In this document: in pieces, positions 9,761 to 18,890 of the stretch
How positions within the stretch are numbered: position 1 is the stretch's first letter
How the letters are laid out: every line of letters starts with the position of its first letter
Translations under genes and position numbers: made by a program
Notes under the pieces: model-generated
The model's input: the letters and a program-made list of their open reading frames with translations, nothing else
Database searches by the model: none
Told to the model about the DNA's origin: nothing
NCBI GenBank assembly: GCA_017454485.1
Contig: JAFTCX010000042.1
Span: forward strand, 32,178 to 96,177
Length of the DNA stretch: 64,000 bases
Direction of reading: 5' to 3'
Origin: Clostridia bacterium
Lineage (GTDB): Bacteria; Bacillota; Clostridia; Oscillospirales; Acutalibacteraceae

Positions 9761-11023
9761 TTAAAAATACGCGAACACATGAATCATCGCATAGCCTAAA
9801 TAATACAATTTCACTTCCGGCCCGCCGGCAGCTTTTTTGATCTTTTCAAGTAAAAGTGCCGCCTTTTCCTTTTCATAATACATGATCAGAAGCACCGTTG
9901 TAAAGATCATCAAAAAGCCGTGTGTCAGCCAGCGGTTGACATCCACCGAAAACAATATTGCAACAAGGAATGTGAAGGGAAACTGTAGCAACATCAAAAG
10001 CGCACAAAAGCGCCCGATGCGATTGTTTGTCATGCGAAGATGCTGCAAAAGAAACTTATAAAACACGAGCAGTAACGGAAAAAGAATGACCAATCCCCCG
10101 ATAAAAGCAATAATAATATGAGAACCAATACTTTGCATCAAATCAAAATTGAAACGAACCTGATACAGTATGAGCTGCCAGATCTTATTCAGTGAAAAAT
10201 CCATGCCGGTCAGTTCCGACGGACGATAGTATTCTCCGCGGAACCAGTTATAAAAGGCATAATCGTAGTATTCAAAGAAATCGGTTCCATGTTCCTGCAG
10301 CTTTTGGTGAAAGGTTTCAATCGGGCAAATGAAACGCGGTTCATAAACCAGAAAGAACAAAAAAGACACAGCAGCCACAAGCATGGATAGTGCAAAAATC
10401 AACAAATAGATGCGACGCTCTTTCTTTTTTTGTTCAATCGAAGCACGATATAAAAGAATGATTGAAAAGAAAATAATCGCATTTAAAATTGCGGAAAAAT
10501 GGATCATGATGGAAGCGACATACAACAATGGGATCAAAAAGCGCAGCCATTTATGCTCCAAAAAAATCAAAAAGAGAAGAGAAAAAAAGAGCCAATAGAC
10601 ATCCAACATGCCAAGCTCCTTCGTATAAACGGAAAAAGTATAGGCCCCTGTAACATAAAACGCAAGCAGTCCCAAAGCGGCGCTGCGGTGTTCCGGCTGT
10701 ACACGCAACACAAATCGCTCAAGAAAGATCGATACACCCGCAAAAAAAAGAAGGATCAAAACTGTTTCATAAATCGAAGCGGTCAGTCTCGAAGCAAAAC
10801 GGCCGAAAAGCGCATTAAAAACCGCACCGGGCAACAGCTTAGTTGCTAAGCCGAGGCTGAAATCCACCGCGTGAAATGCATAGGTGATCTCCTCAACGCG
10901 CCAAGGCTGAAAACGGTTGACAACCACAACATGATACGCAACCAGAAACAGGAAAAAGAAGACGCTGTAACGGTGCTTTTTAAAAAAGGGTGACTGCCGC
11001 AGCGGCGTTTGAACTTTTGACAA
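9761..11023 (-). CDS. Large polytopic membrane protein, possible GT-C/GtrC-like glycosyltransferase (function inferred from context only)
   Basis: 420 aa with ten or more hydrophobic segments. Immediately follows a GtrB-like GT2, and the sequence is visibly A/T-richer than its neighbours. Confidence 0.6.
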   Translation of the reverse strand: MSKVQTPLRQSPFFKKHRYSVFFFLFLVAYHVVVVNRFQPWRVEEITYAFHAVDFSLGLATKLLPGAVFNALFGRFASRLTASIYETVLILLFFAGVSIFLERFVLRVQPEHRSAALGLLAFYVTGAYTFSVYTKELGMLDVYWLFFSLLFLIFLEHKWLRFLIPLLYVASIMIHFSAILNAIIFFSIILLYRASIEQKKKERRIYLLIFALSMLVAAVSFLFFLVYEPRFICPIETFHQKLQEHGTDFFEYYDYAFYNWFRGEYYRPSELTGMDFSLNKIWQLILYQVRFNFDLMQSIGSHIIIAFIGGLVILFPLLLVFYKFLLQHLRMTNNRIGRFCALLMLLQFPFTFLVAILFSVDVNRWLTHGFLMIFTTVLLIMYYEKEKAALLLEKIKKAAGGPEVKLYYLGYAMIHVFAYF

Positions 11024-11036
11024 ACGAGCACCTCCA

Positions 11037-11972
11037 TCAATAGCGAATACGCGCTTCTTCCACGATCAGCGGTTTCTCCGCAGCGTTTTTGGAAACGCCG
11101 ATTACATATTCGAACAAAACGGCAAGAAACACCAGTCCGATCAACACTGATGCCAGCAGCACACGCAGGACGAGCGCGTTCATAATGCTGCTGCCCGTGA
11201 GGGCTTTGGAAAAGAAAACGAAAAAGCAAACTGTTTCAATAAAAAGCAAAACCAGCATCACAAACGAAAAAACGATCATCCGGCGCGGTAAACGATCCGA
11301 TGCGCTGATGACACCGTTGATCGCAAAGTCATAATACTTATTCAGATTGAATTTTGTCTTCCCTCTTTCGCGTTTTTCCTGTGTATAAGTGATGCAGCTC
11401 AGATCATGCCCGTATTCCAGCACAAGGCCGCGAAGAAATGGGTGATTGTCACGTACACGCTGCAGCACACGGATAAAAGAAACGTCAAAGAGCTGAAACT
11501 CGGTAGCGTGCGGAATAAGCTTCACACCGAAAACGACATTCATCAGCCAATAATACACGGAACGAAGAAAAAACAAAATCACACTTTCTTTGCTTTTTGT
11601 CTTAACGCCCTGCACGATGCCTGCACCGTTTTCCCAAGATTCAACAAACTGCGGAATCAGCTCCGGCGGATTTTGCAGATCGGCATGAAGCAAAATGGCG
11701 CAGTCGCCCTTCGCCTGCTGCACAGCATAAAAAATGGTCTTACTATAGCCGAAATTGCGGGCATAAAGAACCGCTTTCACATGGGTATCCCGTTCACACA
11801 ATGCGCTGATACAAGCACGAGAGCCGTCAGTGGAACCGTCATCAAAAAAGACAAGTTCGTAATCGTACGCCGGCAACGATTGCATGACAGCCGTTACCCG
11901 GCGATACACATCCGGCAGATTGTCCTGTTCGTTGAACACAGGCACCACAATTGAAATAAGTTTCTTTTCCAT
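11037..11972 (-). CDS. Family 2 glycosyltransferase, polyprenyl-phosphate sugar synthase type (GtrB/ArnC/DPM1-like)
   Basis: ISIVVPVFNEQDNL and FFDDGSTDGS motifs. Two C-terminal TM helices (MIVFSFVMLVLLFIETVCFFVFF, LLASVLIGLVFLAVLFEYVIGV). Confidence 0.85.
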   Translation of the reverse strand: MEKKLISIVVPVFNEQDNLPDVYRRVTAVMQSLPAYDYELVFFDDGSTDGSRACISALCERDTHVKAVLYARNFGYSKTIFYAVQQAKGDCAILLHADLQNPPELIPQFVESWENGAGIVQGVKTKSKESVILFFLRSVYYWLMNVVFGVKLIPHATEFQLFDVSFIRVLQRVRDNHPFLRGLVLEYGHDLSCITYTQEKRERGKTKFNLNKYYDFAINGVISASDRLPRRMIVFSFVMLVLLFIETVCFFVFFSKALTGSSIMNALVLRVLLASVLIGLVFLAVLFEYVIGVSKNAAEKPLIVEEARIRY

Positions 11973-11985
11973 CGGTGTCAGCCTT

Positions 11986-13452
11986 TCATTTCAAGCCGTA
12001 TTTTTTGCGGATACCCGGATAAAAATGGGCATACCAGAACACATAAACAAATTCATAAAACGCCTTAAATCCGTCGATGAAGAAAAACAGCGGACCCTTT
12101 TGCGAGATTGCACGCAGACCGCTCAAAATGGTGTCCTTTGCAAATTCAAACGGCTTTTGATTTTCAATGGCATTTTTGTTGGCAAAGCTTTGCCAGTGCA
12201 GCCGGCTGCGTATCACGCGCAAGTCCACCGTCGGAACCGCCGAAAGATTTTGTCCGACGGATTCGGTTGCAATCACACGGGAAAGCTCTTTGAGCGAGTG
12301 CGGAACGCGATAGCGTCCGGCGGAAACAACGTCGTTATATAGCTCCGTACCGGGCAGCGGTGTAAAATGATAAACCGGCGTCAGATTTGCACTGAGCGCC
12401 TGCACGAGCGCAACAGTCTCTTTGAGCTGCGTTTCCGTCTCATCGGGATAGCCGATGATGAACGACGCAATCGTTGTCAGACCGAGATTCTGGATCTCTT
12501 CAAAGGTCGGAATGATCTTATCGTAAGGGATCGCTTTATGGATGCGACGCAGCATATCTTTTGAGCCGGATTCCACGCCGAAAAACGCACCCCGACAACC
12601 GGCGTCATACATGATTTCAAAATCTTCTTTGGTAAACAGGCCCACGCGTGTTTGGATGATCCAATGAAAATGCAGATCAGCGTCCTTCACACGTTTGCAA
12701 AAATCCAGCATCTCAGCGCGATTCGCCGCCCAAAGCTCATCGGAAAAATAGACGCCGTCCATGTTGTAGTTATCGATCAGATACTTGATCTCTTCGATCA
12801 CTACCGCGTTCGGGCGTTTGCGGTGGGTCGATTTATGAAAATAAGGGTTGGAACAGAATGCGCAGCGGCACGGACAGCCCTTGGAGGAATAAATGTACAT
12901 CAACCGCTCACAGCCGAGATAGGGCTGCAGATACTTTTCAACCTGAATGAGAGAATAATCCGTCGGCGGCAGCGTGGACAGATCAATAAACGGGCGGTCG
13001 GGCGTGCGGATGATCTTTCCGTTTTCACGAAAGGCGATGCCGGAAATGTCACTCCATTTACGTTTGCCGCTCACAACATCAAGCAGATCTCGAAAGGTAT
13101 ACTCCCCTTCACCGATGACGATGGCGTCAATATAAGGCTCCTGCAGCACAAGCTCGATCTGCATTGATGGCATTGCGCCACCCCAGACCACAGGAAACCC
13201 GAGCTTTTTTGCGCTTTTTGAAATACGGATCGCGTCCTTGAGTCCGCGCGATGACATTACGGAAACGCCGATAAGATCGGGCTGAAACCGCACAAGCAGC
13301 TTTTGAAAATTCACACGTTCCACACAGCGGTCAAGCAGACGCACTTCGTGGCCGAGGCTTTTCAGATAGGAGCCAATCGCCAAAAGACCCAAGGGGTTAA
13401 ACAGCGCTCTTGTATAATATCCGGTGGACGGATTGACCAAAAGGACTCTCAT
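11986..13452 (-). CDS. B12-binding-domain radical SAM enzyme (class B), paralog 2
   Basis: N-terminal MRVLLVNPS...LGLLAIGSYLK...DLIGVSVMSS (B12-binding-like) and radical SAM CPCRCAFC. The ATG at 13452 follows AGGTGG; the track start at 13461 is GTG. Confidence 0.85.
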   Translation of the reverse strand: MRVLLVNPSTGYYTRALFNPLGLLAIGSYLKSLGHEVRLLDRCVERVNFQKLLVRFQPDLIGVSVMSSRGLKDAIRISKSAKKLGFPVVWGGAMPSMQIELVLQEPYIDAIVIGEGEYTFRDLLDVVSGKRKWSDISGIAFRENGKIIRTPDRPFIDLSTLPPTDYSLIQVEKYLQPYLGCERLMYIYSSKGCPCRCAFCSNPYFHKSTHRKRPNAVVIEEIKYLIDNYNMDGVYFSDELWAANRAEMLDFCKRVKDADLHFHWIIQTRVGLFTKEDFEIMYDAGCRGAFFGVESGSKDMLRRIHKAIPYDKIIPTFEEIQNLGLTTIASFIIGYPDETETQLKETVALVQALSANLTPVYHFTPLPGTELYNDVVSAGRYRVPHSLKELSRVIATESVGQNLSAVPTVDLRVIRSRLHWQSFANKNAIENQKPFEFAKDTILSGLRAISQKGPLFFFIDGFKAFYEFVYVFWYAHFYPGIRKKYGLK

Positions 13453-13470
13453 TTGCACCACCTGTGTTGC

Positions 13471-14916
13471 TTATTTTTTGTGCAGCGTATGCCGCAGCAG
13501 ACGCATACCGTAGACAAAATAATGGATCAGCGCTCGCGGTTCGCGGATACACTCGCCCGCCTTGGCGATTAAATAACGAGGTCGCGTGTAAAACTGCAAT
13601 AAAAAGCGTCCTTTGAGTTCGAGCAGACGCTGCATACTGACAAAAGCGGTGCCGGTCGTGTTTGGAGTAACATAATCAAAGCCAAACGATCCACCGGACA
13701 GTGTTCCGGCATCGCGGCACAGATCATAAAGCTCCGTATCGTAAAACGGCATAGCAACGTGCAGCTCCACGAAATCGGGATCGATCCGGCGGATATGGGC
13801 AAACGTCTGCTGCAAATCTTCTTCAGTCTCCCACGGAAAACCGATCATAAAAAAGCCGAACAGCGGGATGCCTGCCGCTTTGATCATGGCAGCGGCTTCC
13901 AGATTCTTTTGTACACTCGTGCCTTTTTTCATTTTGTTCAGCGAACCATCACTGCCGCTTTCAAAGCCGATGGCAAGCATAAAACAACCGGCATCTTTCA
14001 TTTTTTGAAGCAGCTCGGTCGAAAGCGTGTCTGCGCGGCCGTTGGCGGTAAATGCGATTTTTCCGTGAAGCGGCGAGTGGATGATACGCTCACACAATGC
14101 AATCGCCCATGGCTTGTTCAGCGTAAACGTATCCGCTTTGAAAAAGAAATCGCGGATGCCGAATTTATAGTAGCATTCCATCAGTTCCTCAAAAATGTTT
14201 TCTGTAGAACGATAGCGCACATTACGCCCTGTAATATGCGGCGTCAGACAATAGATACAGTGCGACGGACAACCGCGCGCAACAGAAATCGTTGCCATCG
14301 GTGCGCCGGTGTCGGGCCGGACATAAAGCGCATTGTTCATCAGATCACGCGCAGGAAACGGCAGCGTATCGAGGTTAGGCGTTTCACAGGAAAACACCGT
14401 TTTGTGTGCGCCGGTTTCGTCAAAATAAACGATGCCGGGAATCTCCGAAAGCTTGCCTTCGCTTCGCAAGAGACAATCGACCACAGGTGCAATAACAAAT
14501 TCCACCTCGCCGCCGATCGTGCAGTCTGTTAAGGAAAAATCGAGCGACTGTAACCGTTCGAGCTTTGCGTCAAAGAAAATAGCGCCCTTCAAAACGATTT
14601 TGCAGTTGACAATTCCACGCACCTGACGGACAAAACAGAGATCATCATAGATCGTTGCATTTGTGGTGCTCAAAAACACAAGGTCCGGACAAAACGCGCG
14701 CAGATCGCGCTCTACATCGGAAAACACTTTGCGCTCTGTCTGATAATCACGCAGAAAAACTTCATAACCGCGCGCACGAAGAATGGAAGCTGCATAGCCG
14801 AGATCGTTGCAGGCGTGCACAGAGCTTGCCGTGGAGTCCTCAATGTTGCACTGTGCCCTGTCCTCGCCGCGCTGATAAAGCTTTCCTGGCGGATAGAGAA
14901 GCATGACCTTGTTCAT
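13471..14916 (-). CDS. B12-binding-domain radical SAM enzyme (class B), paralog 1
   Basis: VMLLYPPG...DLVFLSTTN N-terminal domain and radical SAM CPSHCIYC. The ATG at 14916 follows GAGGGTGA and avoids overlap with the upstream gene; the track start is 14943. Confidence 0.85.
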   Translation of the reverse strand: MNKVMLLYPPGKLYQRGEDRAQCNIEDSTASSVHACNDLGYAASILRARGYEVFLRDYQTERKVFSDVERDLRAFCPDLVFLSTTNATIYDDLCFVRQVRGIVNCKIVLKGAIFFDAKLERLQSLDFSLTDCTIGGEVEFVIAPVVDCLLRSEGKLSEIPGIVYFDETGAHKTVFSCETPNLDTLPFPARDLMNNALYVRPDTGAPMATISVARGCPSHCIYCLTPHITGRNVRYRSTENIFEELMECYYKFGIRDFFFKADTFTLNKPWAIALCERIIHSPLHGKIAFTANGRADTLSTELLQKMKDAGCFMLAIGFESGSDGSLNKMKKGTSVQKNLEAAAMIKAAGIPLFGFFMIGFPWETEEDLQQTFAHIRRIDPDFVELHVAMPFYDTELYDLCRDAGTLSGGSFGFDYVTPNTTGTAFVSMQRLLELKGRFLLQFYTRPRYLIAKAGECIREPRALIHYFVYGMRLLRHTLHKK

Positions 14917-14921
14917 CGGTC

Positions 14922-15644
14922 TCACCCTCTTTGCGTTACGCACCGCCTTGCATATTGCAAATCGGCAGGCGTGTTGATGTTAATTTCTTCGGCAGCAATC
15001 GGAAACGCGGTTCCCGTTTTGCCGTTATCGATCAGGAAATTGATAAAGTCACACAGCTCGTTCGGCTGATTGCTTTCAGCGTCATAAACTGCTTTCAGCA
15101 GCTCATAGCAGTCCTTGGAAAACAGGCAAAAACCGGTGCCTTTGCGGTCGTTAAACACCTGTTTCGGCTTTTCCGTGCAGTGCAGCAGACGGTCATTCTC
15201 ATCCGTGTCCAATGAAAAATTCTGACGGATCTTCTCTTCTGTCGATGTGGTAAAGCCAACCAGAAAGTCTGCTTTTTTAAATGCGGAAAGGAGTATTTCC
15301 GCAGAAGCCGGCTGCAAAAAGACCTCGTCGCTCAACTGCAGAACCAGATCATCTCTGATCGTTTCCTTTGCGCAAAGAATCGCGCTGACAAGACCGATCG
15401 GCTGCGCCTGAACAACATATTGCAGTTTTATGCCGCGATAGCTGTCACCGAGCGTATCAATGATCTGCCGATGATGCGAACCGATCACGATGACCGCCGA
15501 TTTCACGCCCAGCCGCACGAGATTGTCAAGGGAATAGGAGATGAGCGGCACGCCGCCGACTTCGACCAATGCCTTGCACACCTCATTCTGACCGCTCTGC
15601 GACAGTCTTGAGCCTTTCCCGGCCGCTAAAATCAAACCTACCAC
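14922..15644 (-). CDS. Sugar-phosphate nucleotidyltransferase
   Basis: VGLILAAGKGSRL N-terminal motif and ~240 aa length are typical of the NTP_transferase fold. GTG start preceded by GAGGT. Confidence 0.8.
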   Translation of the reverse strand: MVGLILAAGKGSRLSQSGQNEVCKALVEVGGVPLISYSLDNLVRLGVKSAVIVIGSHHRQIIDTLGDSYRGIKLQYVVQAQPIGLVSAILCAKETIRDDLVLQLSDEVFLQPASAEILLSAFKKADFLVGFTTSTEEKIRQNFSLDTDENDRLLHCTEKPKQVFNDRKGTGFCLFSKDCYELLKAVYDAESNQPNELCDFINFLIDNGKTGTAFPIAAEEININTPADLQYARRCVTQRG

Positions 15645-15653
15645 GTTGTTACC

Positions 15654-16826
15654 TCAATTGCTGTTTTTTTCAATCATAGAAAGCAGTGCATCCGCACTGT
15701 TCAGGCTGTGCATGTGCTCCATCAGCAGAACACCTGCATTCATAATTTTACGCTCATACTGCACGCGCTGCGCTGATTTGAGCAGATCAAATTCGGGAAT
15801 TTTCGCAATGCCAATCGTGCGACGCAAGCATTCCGCACCGGCAAACCCTGCGGTATCGGCAAAAACAGAAGCGATGAACGAATCAAGAAAGCGCTCGTTT
15901 TGCAGCACAGCATCCGTGCAGTCCATTTTGACGGCGGCACGAAACTCTTTTTCAAACGAGCGCAACATCTGCGCTGTCATTTTCCGCAGCCACAATTCAA
16001 ACAATGCGTCGCCCCCACGAACACGCACATACAACGTTTCCATCAAGAAGTGTGCCAGCAGATTGCCGAGATCGAACCCAATGGGACCAAAGAAGCAAAA
16101 TTCCGGATCGAATATTACCGGCGTATCCCCGTTTAGGAACACAGAACCAAAGTGCAGATCGCCGTGCAGCAGCGCTTGCGTCACATTCATAAATCGAAAT
16201 TTCAGTTCTGCGGCACACTGCCTAAGCTGCTTATTTTGATAGATCCGCTGCTCTAGAAATGCAGCGTTTTCCGTGCATACCCCGTTTTCCTTTGCGCCTA
16301 CAAAGGGGTCGGTCAGTACCAGCTTTTCCGTCAGATCGCACAGCTCCGGATTCGAAAATGACTGCTGCAGCTCTCGTTTTTTTGGGTGCGTAAGACAGAA
16401 GTCCGATGTGGCTGCTGTCGTTTTTGCAACGAATGCCCCAAGCTGTTCGCCGAGATGTTCGCTTTGCCGTTCGGAAAGCAGAGCTCTTCTGAGCACAGGG
16501 CAGTTTTTCATGTCCTGCATCACGATCAGATGCAGTGCTTCATCATAGGCAAACACTTGCGGCAGCATCTCCGGCAGCCGTGCGGCAAACAAATTGAAAT
16601 ATGCCGCCTCCCGTTTGCCGCGGTCTGTGTTCAGGCAGATGTCCGGCGATATGCGCGAAACATATTCCGCCTGCTTTAAAACCACCGAACGGCCGCTTTT
16701 TTGCTCTGTTGCACGGTAAATATGGTTGATGTTGCCCTCGCTGATCTCTTCAAAGCAGAGCACAGCATCCGAGGAAAATATCGTTTGCTTCAGATAAGCT
16801 TCAAACTGTTTTTCATCCTTCGGCAT
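15654..16826 (-). CDS. MtnK-family kinase (5-methylthioribose / 5-deoxyribose kinase-like)
   Basis: EGNINHIYR, FSNPELCDLTEKLVLTDPF, LLHGDLHFGSVF and DPEFCFFGPIGFDLG closely resemble B. subtilis MtnK motifs as I recall them. Confidence 0.8.
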   Translation of the reverse strand: MPKDEKQFEAYLKQTIFSSDAVLCFEEISEGNINHIYRATEQKSGRSVVLKQAEYVSRISPDICLNTDRGKREAAYFNLFAARLPEMLPQVFAYDEALHLIVMQDMKNCPVLRRALLSERQSEHLGEQLGAFVAKTTAATSDFCLTHPKKRELQQSFSNPELCDLTEKLVLTDPFVGAKENGVCTENAAFLEQRIYQNKQLRQCAAELKFRFMNVTQALLHGDLHFGSVFLNGDTPVIFDPEFCFFGPIGFDLGNLLAHFLMETLYVRVRGGDALFELWLRKMTAQMLRSFEKEFRAAVKMDCTDAVLQNERFLDSFIASVFADTAGFAGAECLRRTIGIAKIPEFDLLKSAQRVQYERKIMNAGVLLMEHMHSLNSADALLSMIEKNSN

Positions 16827-16833
16827 AGCTGGT

Positions 16834-18312
16834 TCAGCTCCAGGGATTCTCCGTCGGATAAGGCAGAGCTTTCGGCTGGTTATAGGCGATATCCTTCACA
16901 CCGAGGAAGCGGAACACTTCGAACAGCGTTTTGCCGAAATGCCCGAACGCCACAGCGCCGTGATGCGGGAAATGCTTTTCAATCAGCACATGGCGGTAGA
17001 ATCTGCCCATCTCCGGGATCGCAAACACGCCGATGCCGCCGAAGGAACCGGTAGGAACGTCGAGCACCTCGCCCTGTGCGATATAGGAGCGCAAAACGCC
17101 CTCACTGTCGCACTGTAAGCGGTAAAACGTGATGTCACCGGCGGCAATGTCGCCTTCCAGTGTACCGCGGGTGAAATCGGGCTCGCTGTCGGCGGGCTCA
17201 AGCAGACGGTGTTGGATGAGCTGATACTTGATTGCGCGGTTGGCGCACATTTTGCACGACGGCGTATTGCCGCAATGGAACGCCATAAAGGTATCCGTGA
17301 GCGCATAGGCGGATTTGCCCTGAATCTCTTTTTCGTAAAGAGACGCGGGAACAGAGTTATTGATATCAAGCAGTGTGACGGCGTCACCGGAAATACACGC
17401 GCCGATGTACTCGGAAAGTGCGCCGTAAATGTCCACTTCGCACGCCACGGGTATGCCGCGCGACGCAAGACGGGAGTTCACATAGCAGGGTTCAAAGCCG
17501 AACTGCTCCGGGAAAGCCGGCCAGCATTTATCCGCAAAGGCAACATATTTACGATCGCCCTTGTGCTGCTGAGCCCAATCGAGCAATGTCAGTTCAAACT
17601 GTGCCATACGCGGAAGAAGTGACGGATAGTTGTTGCCGGTCACACCGAGTTCATTCGCCATATCCTCGCACACGGCCGGAATGCGTTCATCGTTTGCGTG
17701 CGCTTTATAGGAGACGAGCAGGTCAAGCTCGCTGTTTTCTTCAATTTCAACGCCAAGCTCATACAGCCCTTTGATTGGTGCGTTGCAGGCAAAGAAATCC
17801 TGCGGACGCGGACCGAAGGTAATGATCTTCAGGTTTTTCACACCGATGACTGCGCGTGCGATCGGCACAAATTCAGCGATCATGGAAGCGATATCATCCG
17901 CAGTGCCGACCGGATAGGACGGAATATAGGCAGGCAGATGACGCATGGCAAGGTTATAGGAACAGTTGAGCATACCGCAGTAAGCGTCACCGCGGCCGTT
18001 GATCAGATCACCGTCACCCTCTGCGGCGGCAACAAACATACAAGGGCCGTCAAAGTATTTTGCAAGCAGCGTCTCCGGCGTTTCGGGACCGAAGTTTCCG
18101 AGGAACACGACCAGCGCGTTGCAGCCGGCGGCGTTTACATCAGCGATTGCCTTTTGCATATCCAGTTCGTTTTCCACAGTCACCGGGCATTCATAGATCG
18201 CGCCCTTGCAGGCTGCAACAATGGCCTCGCGGCGTTTGACAGAAAGCGCAATGGGGAAACAGTCGCGCGATACGGCGACAATGCCGAGCTTTACTTCAGG
18301 AATATTGTTCAT
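16834..18312 (-). CDS. L-fucose/L-arabinose isomerase family protein
   Basis: 492 aa. KLGIVAVSRDCFP N-terminus and GIPVACEVDIYGALSEYIG catalytic-region-like motif. AGGAGG RBS before the ATG. Confidence 0.72.
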   Translation of the reverse strand: MNNIPEVKLGIVAVSRDCFPIALSVKRREAIVAACKGAIYECPVTVENELDMQKAIADVNAAGCNALVVFLGNFGPETPETLLAKYFDGPCMFVAAAEGDGDLINGRGDAYCGMLNCSYNLAMRHLPAYIPSYPVGTADDIASMIAEFVPIARAVIGVKNLKIITFGPRPQDFFACNAPIKGLYELGVEIEENSELDLLVSYKAHANDERIPAVCEDMANELGVTGNNYPSLLPRMAQFELTLLDWAQQHKGDRKYVAFADKCWPAFPEQFGFEPCYVNSRLASRGIPVACEVDIYGALSEYIGACISGDAVTLLDINNSVPASLYEKEIQGKSAYALTDTFMAFHCGNTPSCKMCANRAIKYQLIQHRLLEPADSEPDFTRGTLEGDIAAGDITFYRLQCDSEGVLRSYIAQGEVLDVPTGSFGGIGVFAIPEMGRFYRHVLIEKHFPHHGAVAFGHFGKTLFEVFRFLGVKDIAYNQPKALPYPTENPWS

Positions 18313-18368
18313 GGATCTTCCTCCTTGAAATCATTGCAATTGAACACAATCATCCAATTTTTCATTTT

Positions 18369-18397
18369 ATTATAGCATTACGCCCTCAAGAAGTCAA
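18369..18397 (-). promoter_or_regulatory. SigmaA-type promoter of the nine-gene operon (TTGACT-17 nt-TATAAT)
   Basis: Reverse complement of 18392..18397 is TTGACT and of 18369..18374 is TATAAT, with a 17-nt spacer. Lies between an upstream terminator and the isomerase RBS. Confidence 0.55.
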
Positions 18398-18421
18398 CCA
18401 CTGAAACCGAATCCGGGCGAA

Positions 18422-18453
18422 ATAAAAAACGCCCGTTCGAAAATGAACGGGTC
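18422..18453 (-). terminator. Rho-independent terminator after the 76-aa gene
   Basis: On the minus strand, CCCGTTC-ATTTTC-GAACGGG hairpin, then (after C,G) TTTTTTATTT. Confidence 0.65.
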
Positions 18454-18472
18454 AAAAGAAACGATGGATTTC

Positions 18473-18703
18473 TTATTTGTTGTTCTGCCAAGCCTCTGCC
18501 TTCGCTGCGGAAATCGACTTGATGTCTTCCTTGGTGTAAGGAGACGTTTCGCCGCCGTTGACATAAAGGAAATAGTAACCCTTCGGGGTTTGATAAAGCG
18601 ACTCCTCGTAGCCATCCGGATTGCCGAACTCACCGAAGGTGCGCTTTTCGATCAGCGTAGAAACTTCCGTATCATACTCTCTTTTGCAGATGATCTTTTT
18701 CAC
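18473..18703 (-). CDS. Small hypothetical protein (76 aa), monocistronic
   Basis: GTG start 8 nt after AGGAGG. Flanked by terminators on both sides. No family recognised. Confidence 0.55.
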   Translation of the reverse strand: MKKIICKREYDTEVSTLIEKRTFGEFGNPDGYEESLYQTPKGYYFLYVNGGETSPYTKEDIKSISAAKAEAWQNNK

Positions 18704-18854
18704 GATGGAATCCTCCTTTCTTCGTTTGTTGTGTTATTTTAACACGCAAAAGGCACAAATACAATAGGCAAGTGGGATGAATTCCACATAAGAAAACAAA
18801 CGAGATTTAGATAATTTGTCTAATGCTCTTTTCTGTTTTTGTGCAGTTTTTCAC

Positions 18855-18882
18855 AAAAAAGAGACGCCCGACAGAGCGTCTC
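18855..18882 (-). terminator. Rho-independent terminator after the 507-aa secreted-protein gene
   Basis: On the minus strand, GAGACGC-8 nt loop-GCGTCTC followed by TTTTTTGTG. Confidence 0.65.
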
Positions 18883-18890
18883 AAGTTGGA

